IMG/VR virus record: IMGVR_UViG_3300042360_000330 | DNA length: 64,000 nt | Strand: one strand, 5' to 3' | Source of the DNA: a virus | Lineage: Duplodnaviria; Heunggongvirae; Uroviricota; Caudoviricetes | Shown: positions 55,771-64,000 of the stretch, one piece after another | Numbering within the stretch: position 1 is the first letter of the stretch | How the letters are laid out: each line of letters begins with the position of its first letter | Notes under the pieces: model-generated | Seen by the model: the letters and a program-made list of their open reading frames with translations, nothing else | The model's database searches: none | Told to the model about the DNA's origin: nothing | Program-made: the position numbers and the translations under genes

Positions 55771-55843
55771 TATTTATTAACAAATGTTATATAATTTGTT
55801 TTGGAAGTAGGTTACACAATTTATTAACTTAACAAAAAATATT

Positions 55844-56095
55844 ATGGGATTTTTCAGTATTTTTAAAAAATCAAATGATTATAACGAAAAAGTTATAATT
55901 GGGTTTTTATCATTCACAGTAATGGTAGGAGCTATTGTAGTAGACCTAGTAACAGGTTACATGGGTAAAGCATTAGAATTAAACGAGTACATTTTTGACG
56001 CATTTATGTACATCACATTAGGATCATTCCTTCCAGATGTGTTAGAAAAATTTGCAGCAATGAAAAATGGAAATAAATCAAACAACGACGAATAA
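55844..56095 (+). CDS. Two-TM membrane protein (holin/antiholin-like)
   Basis: Two hydrophobic helices; directly upstream of the endolysin. Confidence 0.55.
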   Translation: MGFFSIFKKSNDYNEKVIIGFLSFTVMVGAIVVDLVTGYMGKALELNEYIFDAFMYITLGSFLPDVLEKFAAMKNGNKSNNDE

Positions 56096-56102
56096 TTAAG
56101 GT

Positions 56103-56714
56103 ATGAGTTTACAAAGTTTACAAAAGAAAATAGGAGTAGCAGCAGACGGAGCATTCGGTCCTGGTACTATGAAAAAAGCAATGGAGTTTTATAAATTAAC
56201 TCCTGTAAGAGCAGCACATTTCTTTGCTCAAACAGCTCATGAAACAGGAGGTTATAAATTGTTCTCTGAAAACCTAAACTATTCAGCACAAGGGCTTCAA
56301 GGTATCTTCGGAAAATATTTTCCAGGTAACTTAGAAGAGTCTTATGCTAGAAACCCTGAAAAAATCGCTAACAGAGTTTACGCATCTAGAATGGGTAACG
56401 GAGACGAAAAATCAGGAGATGGTTGGAAATATAGAGGTAGAGGAGCTCTACAATTAACTGGAAAAGATAATTATGCAGCATTTGCTAAATATCTACAAAA
56501 ACCAGAAATCATGACTAATCCTGACTTAGTAGCTACAGAATATTCATTTGAATCAGCAATGTTCTTCTTTGATAAAAATAAATTATGGGAGATATGCGAC
56601 AAAGGAATCAACGATGCAGCTATTTTAGCTCTTACGAAAAGAATTAACGGTGGTACTCACGGATTAGAGGATAGAAACCAAAAAACTAAAAAGTACTACG
56701 AATACGTTAAATAA
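56103..56714 (+). CDS. Endolysin, glycoside hydrolase family 19
   Basis: AHFFAQTAHETGG...ENLNYS; GDGWKYRGRGALQLTGKDNY; INGGTHGLEDR; short N-terminal PG-binding-like segment. Confidence 0.9.
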   Translation: MSLQSLQKKIGVAADGAFGPGTMKKAMEFYKLTPVRAAHFFAQTAHETGGYKLFSENLNYSAQGLQGIFGKYFPGNLEESYARNPEKIANRVYASRMGNGDEKSGDGWKYRGRGALQLTGKDNYAAFAKYLQKPEIMTNPDLVATEYSFESAMFFFDKNKLWEICDKGINDAAILALTKRINGGTHGLEDRNQKTKKYYEYVK

Positions 56715-56725
56715 TTAAGTATAAG

Positions 56726-57142
56726 ATGAAAACTTCACTTTTAATTACATTATCATTGACAACAGCATGCGCATTTATAGGTTCATACTTTATGAATCTA
56801 ACAGCAGATAACATCGAACAATACCTTTCAGTAGCATTTGTAATATTTGCTGACGGGTTCTTTGGGGTGTGGGCTGGAGTTAAAAGAGAAGGATTCAGAA
56901 CATATAAAGCATTAAGTGTACTAAAAACATTTATATTTTGGACAGTAATGCTTTCAGCTATATTAACAATAGAAAAAGGATTCACTGGAACATCATGGTT
57001 AAGTGAAACGATTATGGCTCCATTTTTAGTATTCCAGTTAATCTCTATTCTAAAAAATGCATCAATGGTAGGAGTAGTAAAAAACGAACTACTAACACAA
57101 ATCCTAGATAAGTTAGATAAACATAAAGGAGAAAGAGAATAA
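56726..57142 (+). CDS. Holin (phage lysis/toxin secretion type)
   Basis: Multiple TM helices; FQLISILKNA...LDKLDKHK. Confidence 0.7.
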   Translation: MKTSLLITLSLTTACAFIGSYFMNLTADNIEQYLSVAFVIFADGFFGVWAGVKREGFRTYKALSVLKTFIFWTVMLSAILTIEKGFTGTSWLSETIMAPFLVFQLISILKNASMVGVVKNELLTQILDKLDKHKGERE

Positions 57143-57167
57143 AGTCACAAAAATAGAATAATATTAG

Positions 57168-57199
57168 GTTGGATAATTCCCAACCTTTTATTATCTTTA
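57168..57199 (+). promoter_or_regulatory. Bacteroidota sigma70-like promoter
   Basis: GTTG-N20-TATCTTTA; the -33 box lies within the palindrome GTTGG-N7-CCAAC. Confidence 0.6.
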
Positions 57200-57222
57200 C
57201 AAAAATTTAAAGTTATGAAACA

Positions 57223-57462
57223 ATGAAACCAATCTTTGTAATCCAAATGCCATTAGGCACTCCTGCTGAGATTTTAGAAAAAGCATACGATCAAGTACAT
57301 AGTAATGGTATAAGTGAAGATTATCACGTACTTCTTACTATAGGTAATGATTCAACAGCAACTTTTAAATGCTTTAATTCTTCATATACTAAAGAAGAGT
57401 ATGCTAAATTAGAACAATTAATAAACGAAATAAATAAAGATTATGTCTCTAAAGAGAATTGA
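57223..57462 (+). CDS. Hypothetical protein
   Basis: ORF following a promoter. Confidence 0.5.
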   Translation: MKPIFVIQMPLGTPAEILEKAYDQVHSNGISEDYHVLLTIGNDSTATFKCFNSSYTKEEYAKLEQLINEINKDYVSKEN

Positions 57463-58222
57463 AGATTATAACAAAACACTTCCAATTGTAGAGCTTTATA
57501 CAGCAGTACAGTCAGAAGGAAGTAGAGCAGGTTATCCAACAGTAGTAATCAGAACAACAGGTTGTACTCACAGATGTTGGTTCGGAGATGGTGGATGGTG
57601 CGATTCTTGGTATACAAGTATTCATCCTGAAAAAGGACATATTAGTTTCCAAGACATTATTAACATGTACGATAAAAATCCTCACATCACAGAGATGATG
57701 CTTACAGGAGGATCACCCACAATGCACCCTGCATTAGTAAATGAATTAACACATTTTGCACATGAAAGAAATATTTTCATTACAATTGAGACCGAAGGAA
57801 GTCATTTTCTTGAAACAGATTACCCGATTAATCTACTATCAATCTCCCCTAAGTTCAGCAATTCTGTCCCTAAAGTTGGCATTGCAACACCTCAAGGAGA
57901 CATTACAGATGAAAGAATGATTAAACAACATAATAAGTTAAGACTTAATTATGATGCAATTTCTAAATCAATTGCTTACCATTCTGATTATCACTTAAAA
58001 CCAGTATGGGATGGTGAAGATCAAGACGCATTAGAAGAAATAATGGGTTGCATTAAAATATTAGATATACCGCAAGACAAAGTATGGTTCATGCCAGCTG
58101 GTGATTCAAGAGAGGCTTTATTTAAATCATACCCTAAAATGTTTGATTGGGTGAGAGATAACGGTTATAGATTGACCTGGAGACCCCATATTATTGCATT
58201 TGAAGATCAAAGAGAAGTATAA
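57443..58222 (+). CDS. queE: 7-carboxy-7-deazaguanine synthase (radical SAM)
   Basis: VQSEG; RTTGCTHRC...WCDS; LTGGSP; ITIETEG; SISPK. Confidence 0.9.
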   Translation: MSLKRIEDYNKTLPIVELYTAVQSEGSRAGYPTVVIRTTGCTHRCWFGDGGWCDSWYTSIHPEKGHISFQDIINMYDKNPHITEMMLTGGSPTMHPALVNELTHFAHERNIFITIETEGSHFLETDYPINLLSISPKFSNSVPKVGIATPQGDITDERMIKQHNKLRLNYDAISKSIAYHSDYHLKPVWDGEDQDALEEIMGCIKILDIPQDKVWFMPAGDSREALFKSYPKMFDWVRDNGYRLTWRPHIIAFEDQREV

Positions 58223-58425
58223 TGACATTAAGAGAAGCCCATTTAAACGAAATAGATGTACTAAACACCCTATGGTGGATGTTGAGTAATCAAAAAATTA
58301 ATCTAGGTGATGTAAAATTTCATGCCCAAAGTTTGGATCTTGAAATAGAATTTATTACATTTGAAGGATATAGATTTACAAATAAAGATAAAACAATTAT
58401 TTATTCTTATGGCAGACAACAATAG
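58222..58425 (+). CDS. Hypothetical protein
   Basis: Coupled small ORF. Confidence 0.45.
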   Translation: MTLREAHLNEIDVLNTLWWMLSNQKINLGDVKFHAQSLDLEIEFITFEGYRFTNKDKTIIYSYGRQQ

Positions 58426-59107
58426 AAAGAAAATCCACAACGATTTAGAAGTGGTACAAGTAGGTTTTGCAAATGGTGTTGCACCTGGTTTTCCTTTAAC
58501 TGATCTTCAAAAACAGCATATGATTGAAGAGGCAACTGAAGCATACGGCCAGTTTTTAACAGCATTAGGTTGTGATTGGAAAAATGATCCAAACAGTTCT
58601 GATACACCAAGACGTGTAGCTAAAGCATACGTTAATGATTTATGGAAAGGTAGATACACAGAAATGTCTGAAATTACTTCATTCCCATCAGACGGTTATG
58701 ATGGTATTATAATTGAAAGAAACATTCCATTAACTTCAATGTGTTCACATCACCATCAAACAATTGGAGGAGTAGTTCATATTGGTTATATAGCTGGAGA
58801 ACATGGTCAAGTAATTGGTTTATCTAAACTAAACAGAATTGTTGAATTATTTGGTCGTAGAGGAGCTATTCAAGAACAATTAACATCAGCTATTCATAAC
58901 GCTGTAAATAAGATTACTGAAGGTAATTTAGGTGTTATTGTTACTATAGTTGGAACTCATAACTGTGTATCTTGTAGAGGTGTTAAACACCAAGGGGCAG
59001 CAATGGTTACTACTAAAGCATCAGGTGCTTTTAGAGATGATACTAATAATGCTCGTAAAGAGTTCTTTGATTCATTAAAGATTAATAACGGTGGACATAA
59101 TATCTAA
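58409..59107 (+). CDS. folE: GTP cyclohydrolase I
   Basis: DTPRRVAK; SMCSHHH; GLSKLNR; IQEQLT; HNCVSCRGV; ATG 58409 preferred. Confidence 0.95.
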   Translation: MADNNRKKIHNDLEVVQVGFANGVAPGFPLTDLQKQHMIEEATEAYGQFLTALGCDWKNDPNSSDTPRRVAKAYVNDLWKGRYTEMSEITSFPSDGYDGIIIERNIPLTSMCSHHHQTIGGVVHIGYIAGEHGQVIGLSKLNRIVELFGRRGAIQEQLTSAIHNAVNKITEGNLGVIVTIVGTHNCVSCRGVKHQGAAMVTTKASGAFRDDTNNARKEFFDSLKINNGGHNI

Positions 59108-59110
59108 AAA

Positions 59111-59512
59111 ATGGCTTTAAAAATAGGAAATAAAATTTACTTAAGTTGGGATGATATATCCCAACTAGTAGACACATTATGTGAAAAAATTATTACTGAA
59201 CAACCTAACATTGATTCAGTATTTGGTTTAAAACGTGGTGGACTTATACCTGCGGTAATGGTATCACATAAATTAGGTTTACCTTGGTCTGACGTAATGT
59301 TACCTAATACTTTAGTAATAGATGACATTTGTGACACAGGAATAACATTAAAAAATACAATTGGTGTTTACTCAGCAGTACTTCATCATAAACCACATAC
59401 TTCCTGTTATACACCTAATATTTATGCACAAATACATGAAGGTAATGAATGGATTATTTATCCATGGGAGCGTAAAGACTCAGAACAAATACAAGATTAT
59501 TTAAAAAAATAA
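59111..59512 (+). CDS. Type I phosphoribosyltransferase (xanthine-guanine PRT-like)
   Basis: GLKRGGLIPAVMVSHKL; LVIDDICDTGITL; WIIYPWE. Confidence 0.85.
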   Translation: MALKIGNKIYLSWDDISQLVDTLCEKIITEQPNIDSVFGLKRGGLIPAVMVSHKLGLPWSDVMLPNTLVIDDICDTGITLKNTIGVYSAVLHHKPHTSCYTPNIYAQIHEGNEWIIYPWERKDSEQIQDYLKK

Positions 59513-59516
59513 AGTT

Positions 59517-60023
59517 ATGATAACAGAACCAAAAGTACCTTTTATAGATGAGGTAGAAGAATTTAACGCCGTAATGGGTAAACCAAACAGTTATGAACCA
59601 AACATACCCCAAAGAAAAGAATGGGAATTTGTATACAATTTCATCCTTGAAGAACTTGAAGAATATAGAGACGCTTGCGAAAGAGGAGACATCGTTGAGG
59701 TTTTGGACGCTCTTTGCGATATTACTTATGTTGCCACTGGGAACGGTACTATGTTACATGGCCTTAAGGATAAGATATGGCCAGCCTATCAAGAGGTTCA
59801 AGCGTCAAATTTATCTAAAGCTTGTAAAACAGAAGAAGAAGCTCAAGCAACGGTCGCTAAAAGAAGCATCGAACAAGATGAAGCATGTCATTACGAAAAA
59901 GTTGGAGAGTATTTTATTGTTTATAGAACAAGAGACAAAAAAGTAATGAAAAATGTAAATTACTTCCGTCCTAATTTAAGACAATTCTTTACTGAAGAAG
60001 ACATTTACCAAAACAAAATTTAA
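59517..60023 (+). CDS. MazG-like / dimeric all-alpha NTP pyrophosphatase
   Basis: ILEELEEY...VEVLDALCDITYV...VQASNLSK. Confidence 0.8.
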   Translation: MITEPKVPFIDEVEEFNAVMGKPNSYEPNIPQRKEWEFVYNFILEELEEYRDACERGDIVEVLDALCDITYVATGNGTMLHGLKDKIWPAYQEVQASNLSKACKTEEEAQATVAKRSIEQDEACHYEKVGEYFIVYRTRDKKVMKNVNYFRPNLRQFFTEEDIYQNKI

Positions 60024-60053
60024 CCAAACTATTAACATTTAAAACAAATTATT

Positions 60054-60371
60054 ATGAGTGGATTTGATATTATCATCCTAATTATTGCTATTGTAATTAT
60101 AGCAGCGGTTGTAGGAGCCTTTGTTACAAACGAACAAAAATCCTTAAGTGAAATGACTAAAAAGTATTATGTAAATGAAGAACTAGGAGAAAAACCAAAA
60201 GAAAAATTCCAACCTAGAAAAGTTACTGTACAAACTCCATCACGTCAAGTAAATGAAGTTGTTAAAGAAGCAGTAGGTATTACAGAACCTGAAGTTAAAA
60301 AAGAAACAAAATCAGAATTTCCTATTGACAAACCAAAGAAAAAAAGAAAATATTATCCAAAGAAAAAATAA
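60054..60371 (+). CDS. Membrane-anchored basic protein
   Basis: N-terminal TM helix; Lys-rich C-terminus. Confidence 0.55.
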   Translation: MSGFDIIILIIAIVIIAAVVGAFVTNEQKSLSEMTKKYYVNEELGEKPKEKFQPRKVTVQTPSRQVNEVVKEAVGITEPEVKKETKSEFPIDKPKKKRKYYPKKK

Positions 60372-60385
60372 TATAAATCCTAGTT

Positions 60386-61663
60386 ATGTCTAAAAAAAAG
60401 GTTTCCGACGAAACTATATTCGTACAAATTGCTTCTTATAGAGATCCGGAATTGCTTCCTACTTTAGAAAGTTGTATATCTAATGCAAAATACCCAGAAA
60501 ATTTACATTTCTGTATTGCTTGGCAACATTCTGAAGAAGATGAATGGGATACTTTAGACCAATATAAAAATGATCCTCGTTTTAATATATTGGATATAAA
60601 CTACAAAGATGCAAAAGGCGTATGTTGGGCTAGAAATAAACTTCAACGACAGTATAACGGAGAAAAATACACATTACAATTGGATTCTCATCACCGATTC
60701 GATAAGAATTGGGATGAGACTCTGATTAATATGTTAAAAGGTCTTCAAGTTAAAGGTCATAAAAAACCCTTATTAACTGCATATTTACCTGGATATTTCC
60801 CTAAAAATGATCCTGAAGGTAGAAATGTAGAAGTATGGCACACAAATTATGACAGATTTATGCCTGAAGGTCCTATATTTATTACTCCTGACTATGTACC
60901 AGATTGGAGAGAAATTAAAGAACCAATTCCTGCTAGGTTATACTCCGGACATTTTGCATTTACTTTAGGTAGCTTTGTACATGATGTACCACATGATCCT
61001 GATTTATATTTTCATGGAGAAGAAACATCAATAGCTGCTCGTGCTTATACTCATGGCTACGATTTGTTCCATCCTCATATTCCTGTTATATGGCATGAAT
61101 ACACTAGAGAAGGAAAACAACGCCATTGGGATGATCATCAATTTTCACCATTAGATAAACGTTCATTTAAAAAATACCGAGCATTATTTGGTATAGATGG
61201 TGAAAGTAGAGAAGACTTTGATTTTGTAGGTTACGATTTAGGTACTGAACGTACTTTAGCTGAATTTGAACGCTATATAGGTGTTGATTTTAAAGGTAAA
61301 CGAGTTCACATTCATACATCTCAACATAAATTACTACCAGTACCTTATACAACTGAAGAAGATTGGGAAGCTAATATGACTCGACGTTTTAAATATTGTA
61401 TTGATGTTTATAAAGGTTCACTTCTTGACGAAGACTATGACTGTTGGGTAATAGCATTTAAAGATAAAGATGGAGTAGAAATTTATAGACAAGATGCAGA
61501 CGCCGAAGAAATAAACCAAATTAAACTTGGAAACTCAGGACAATTTTACAATATTTGGAGAGAATTTGACTGTATTGAATATCCAAAAACATGGTTACTG
61601 TGGCCTCACAGTCCATCTAAAGAGTGGAATCACGAAGTTATACAAAACGAAATACCTTATTAA
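60386..61663 (+). CDS. GT60-like polypeptide GlcNAc-transferase (copy 1)
   Basis: IFVQIASYRDPEL; GVCWAR; LQLDSHHRF (DSH motif); SGHF; YFHGEE...R.YTHGYD; WH.Y. Confidence 0.8.
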   Translation: MSKKKVSDETIFVQIASYRDPELLPTLESCISNAKYPENLHFCIAWQHSEEDEWDTLDQYKNDPRFNILDINYKDAKGVCWARNKLQRQYNGEKYTLQLDSHHRFDKNWDETLINMLKGLQVKGHKKPLLTAYLPGYFPKNDPEGRNVEVWHTNYDRFMPEGPIFITPDYVPDWREIKEPIPARLYSGHFAFTLGSFVHDVPHDPDLYFHGEETSIAARAYTHGYDLFHPHIPVIWHEYTREGKQRHWDDHQFSPLDKRSFKKYRALFGIDGESREDFDFVGYDLGTERTLAEFERYIGVDFKGKRVHIHTSQHKLLPVPYTTEEDWEANMTRRFKYCIDVYKGSLLDEDYDCWVIAFKDKDGVEIYRQDADAEEINQIKLGNSGQFYNIWREFDCIEYPKTWLLWPHSPSKEWNHEVIQNEIPY

Positions 61664-62949
61664 TGAAAAAAGCAGAAAAAAGAAAAATATTTCTCCACTT
61701 ACCAGCGTATAGAGAACCAGAACTTATTCCAACAATACAATCTGCATTAAATAATGCAAAACATCCTGAAAGATTAGTATTTGGTATATGTCGTCAATTT
61801 AATCCTGAAGATGGGTTTGATAATATTGATGAATATAGAAAAGATAAGCGTTTTAAAATTATTGATATACCATACGAAGAAGCTAAAGGATTACCATATG
61901 CTCGTTATCAAATTAACACCTTGTTAACTAATGAAGAATACATATGTCAATTAGATTCTCACCATAGGTTTGCACATCATTGGGATGTAACTTTAATTGA
62001 GATGCATGATCAATTAAAAGCTAAAGGACATAAAAAACCTATACTAGCTGCTTATTTACCCTATTATAATCCGTTTAATGACCCTGCTGAGCGTACTATG
62101 GAACCATGGCAACAAACGTTTGCCTCGTTCTACCCACACGGAACAATATTCATTAGACCAGGATTATTACACGGGTGGCAAGACATGGAAGAACCAGCAC
62201 CCTCAAGATTCTTATCAGGACATTTTTGCTTTGCTGATAGTCATTGGGCTAAAACTGTTCTCCATGATGCTGATATATATTTTAGTGGTGAAGAATTAAA
62301 TTTAACTGTACGTTCATATACTCACGGTTATGATATGTTTCATCCACATAAATTAGTTGTATGGCATGCTACTATGAGAGAAGAACGTAGTGGTAAATTA
62401 GTGTGGGATGATCAGTCTAAACGTGGAGAAGATTGGTGGACTCAACAAAATGTAGCAAGAGCTAAAATTAGACAATTACTTCAAACAGAAGATAACGGAT
62501 TTGATTTAACTGGTTATGATCTAGGTACTGAACGTACATTAAGAGAATATGAAAAATACGCTGGTATTCATTTTAAAAAACGTGCAGTACAAAAATATAC
62601 ATTAGAAAATCACTATCCTCCGAACCCGGTTATTGAAGATGACCAAGAATGGGAAAATTCATTTATGTTTTCATTCTATCATCTATTACAATTTAATAAA
62701 TCTACTTTCAAACATAATGATTATGACTTTTGGGTTGTAGCCTTTGATGATGAAAATGGAAACCAAATTTGGAGAGAAGATTATAATGAATATCAAATAA
62801 AACAAATCATAGAAACTCAAGGTGATTGGTATAATGAAGAAAAATTCTTCTTAACAGATAAAGTACCATCAAAATGGGTTATATGGGCTCATAGTAAATC
62901 TCAAGAATGGGCAGAACGAATAGAAGGACCAATTAATTACGGAAATTAA
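61663..62949 (+). CDS. GT60-like polypeptide GlcNAc-transferase (copy 2)
   Basis: LPAYREPEL; GLPYAR; QLDSHHRF; SGHF; YFSGEE...R.YTHGYD. The ATG at 61663 is coupled to the stop of copy 1. Confidence 0.78.
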   Translation: MKKAEKRKIFLHLPAYREPELIPTIQSALNNAKHPERLVFGICRQFNPEDGFDNIDEYRKDKRFKIIDIPYEEAKGLPYARYQINTLLTNEEYICQLDSHHRFAHHWDVTLIEMHDQLKAKGHKKPILAAYLPYYNPFNDPAERTMEPWQQTFASFYPHGTIFIRPGLLHGWQDMEEPAPSRFLSGHFCFADSHWAKTVLHDADIYFSGEELNLTVRSYTHGYDMFHPHKLVVWHATMREERSGKLVWDDQSKRGEDWWTQQNVARAKIRQLLQTEDNGFDLTGYDLGTERTLREYEKYAGIHFKKRAVQKYTLENHYPPNPVIEDDQEWENSFMFSFYHLLQFNKSTFKHNDYDFWVVAFDDENGNQIWREDYNEYQIKQIIETQGDWYNEEKFFLTDKVPSKWVIWAHSKSQEWAERIEGPINYGN

Positions 62950-62950
62950 T

Positions 62951-63880
62951 ATGTTACAAGTTTATTTTTTAGAAACCCAATATGCTTATATGGGTTGGAG
63001 TGATGTTTTTTTAGAATTAGTAAATACTTTAAGAGAAGAATTTAATGCTGAAATTATACATAAAAAAGGAGGATATCTTTACATAGAAAAGTTTGATTAT
63101 AACTTACCTGATTGTGAATTAGTAATATATGATGAAAAAAATGATATATTAAAAGCTATTACATGGTCTGAAAGTCCAACAGATTTATTTAAAATATTTG
63201 AAAAACGTGGTAATAAAAATGATATATTATTACTTACTCAACAAGTTCATTGGTTACCTCCAAACTATGATTTTTCAGTCCATACTTTTACAGTAAAACC
63301 AACAACGTTTTATACATTTACACCTCAAACTAACCATAACCATTTCTATAATTTAAGAAGATTTAAAGATTTTAACAGTTTAAAAGATCAATTATTTTGG
63401 TTATCTACAACTAGAAGAGAAGACCCATATAAACTATACGAATTAGGTCTATGCCCAGCACCTTTAGGAATGGGTAATCAACTTATGCCAATTGAAGATT
63501 ATTTAAAACAAGCTATAGAATATAAAGTAGGACTTTCTATATCTAGTAATGCTGAACTATGCTACAGAGATATAGAATACATGGCTGTAGGATTACCTAT
63601 GTTACGATTAGAATATTTTACTCCATTGGACCCACCTTTAATTCCTGACTACCACTATATATCAGTACCTAGAAATAATTTTATATGCAATGCTAGACAA
63701 GATAGAATAGGAGGGGATGAATATATAGAAGCATATAAAAAACGATTCTTTGAAGTAAAAGATGATAAAGAATTTTTAAATTTTATTACTAAAAATGCTA
63801 AAGAATATCATGATGCTTATTGTAGTCCTCAAAATAGAATTGTACATTTAATGGGTAGATTAGAATTAAAAAATGAGTAG
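62951..63880 (+). CDS. Putative GT-B glycosyltransferase (CgeB/GT90-like C-terminal domain)
   Basis: YKVGLSISSNAELCYRDIEYMAVG...LIPDYHYI...FITKNAKEY. Confidence 0.55.
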   Translation: MLQVYFLETQYAYMGWSDVFLELVNTLREEFNAEIIHKKGGYLYIEKFDYNLPDCELVIYDEKNDILKAITWSESPTDLFKIFEKRGNKNDILLLTQQVHWLPPNYDFSVHTFTVKPTTFYTFTPQTNHNHFYNLRRFKDFNSLKDQLFWLSTTRREDPYKLYELGLCPAPLGMGNQLMPIEDYLKQAIEYKVGLSISSNAELCYRDIEYMAVGLPMLRLEYFTPLDPPLIPDYHYISVPRNNFICNARQDRIGGDEYIEAYKKRFFEVKDDKEFLNFITKNAKEYHDAYCSPQNRIVHLMGRLELKNE

Positions 63881-64000
63881 TATAATTTCTGAACCTTTGG
63901 TTATAGGATATACATGTTGTGGTCCTACTTTTAGAAAAAGTGTATATGATAAATTAAAAAATTATTATTTTGATGATGATAATTTATTTTACTGTATTGT
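63873..64000 (+). CDS. Partial ORF running off the window end
   Basis: MSSIISEPLVIGYTCCGPTFRKSVYDKLKNYYFDDDNLFYCI..., overlapping the previous stop. Confidence 0.55.
   Translation, partial: MSSIISEPLVIGYTCCGPTFRKSVYDKLKNYYFDDDNLFYCI

Noticed and set aside
2618-59337. All minus-strand ORFs in the track (e.g. 19242..19601 with GVTLGV repeats, 26285..26500, 27308..27553, 41151..41522)
   Set aside because: They are antisense shadows of well-supported + strand genes; the GVT repeats are simply the reverse complement of the TPS repeats.
37877-62299. Overlapping + strand alternative-frame ORFs (37877, 46915, 53066, 54333, 59593, 61527, 62078)
   Set aside because: They are nested in well-supported genes, have no recognisable motifs, and are expected by chance in A-rich sequence.

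Overview
This is a very AT-rich 64 kb segment of a large lytic T4-like myophage with a contractile tail. Every supportable gene is on the + strand and reads in standard code 11. The host is most likely Bacteroidota (Flavobacteria-like): there are TTG-N20-TAnnTTTA promoters, a T9SS C-terminal sorting domain, and GEVED and FISUMP domains. Gene order: (1) end of the major capsid gene, PhoH and fibre/virion genes with two free-standing GIY-YIG endonucleases (1-11.4 kb); (2) neck and tail module containing mucin-like Thr/Pro/Ser virion proteins, a trypsin-like protease, sheath, tube, a tail chaperone with an unannotated frameshift ORF, tape measure and baseplate (11.5-35.4 kb); (3) replication and nucleotide genes: PolA-like, SSB, RecA-like, flap exonuclease, DnaB, NrdBA (35.4-44.4 kb); (4) a 7-deazaguanine DNA-modification pathway (QueD, DpdA-like, QueC ... 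QueE, FolE, PRTase, MazG-like), split by a ~9 kb block; (5) a glycosyltransferase cluster with two GT60-like enzymes (60.4-64 kb). The ~9 kb block holds structured or tRNA-like RNAs, a secreted cohesin/dockerin/T9SS-CTD/CsgG-like/beta-barrel module and the lysis genes. The strongest candidates for undescribed systems are a phage-encoded cellulosome-like host-surface module and a phage-encoded mucin-type O-glycosylation system. All family assignments come from motif recognition by eye; no searches were run.
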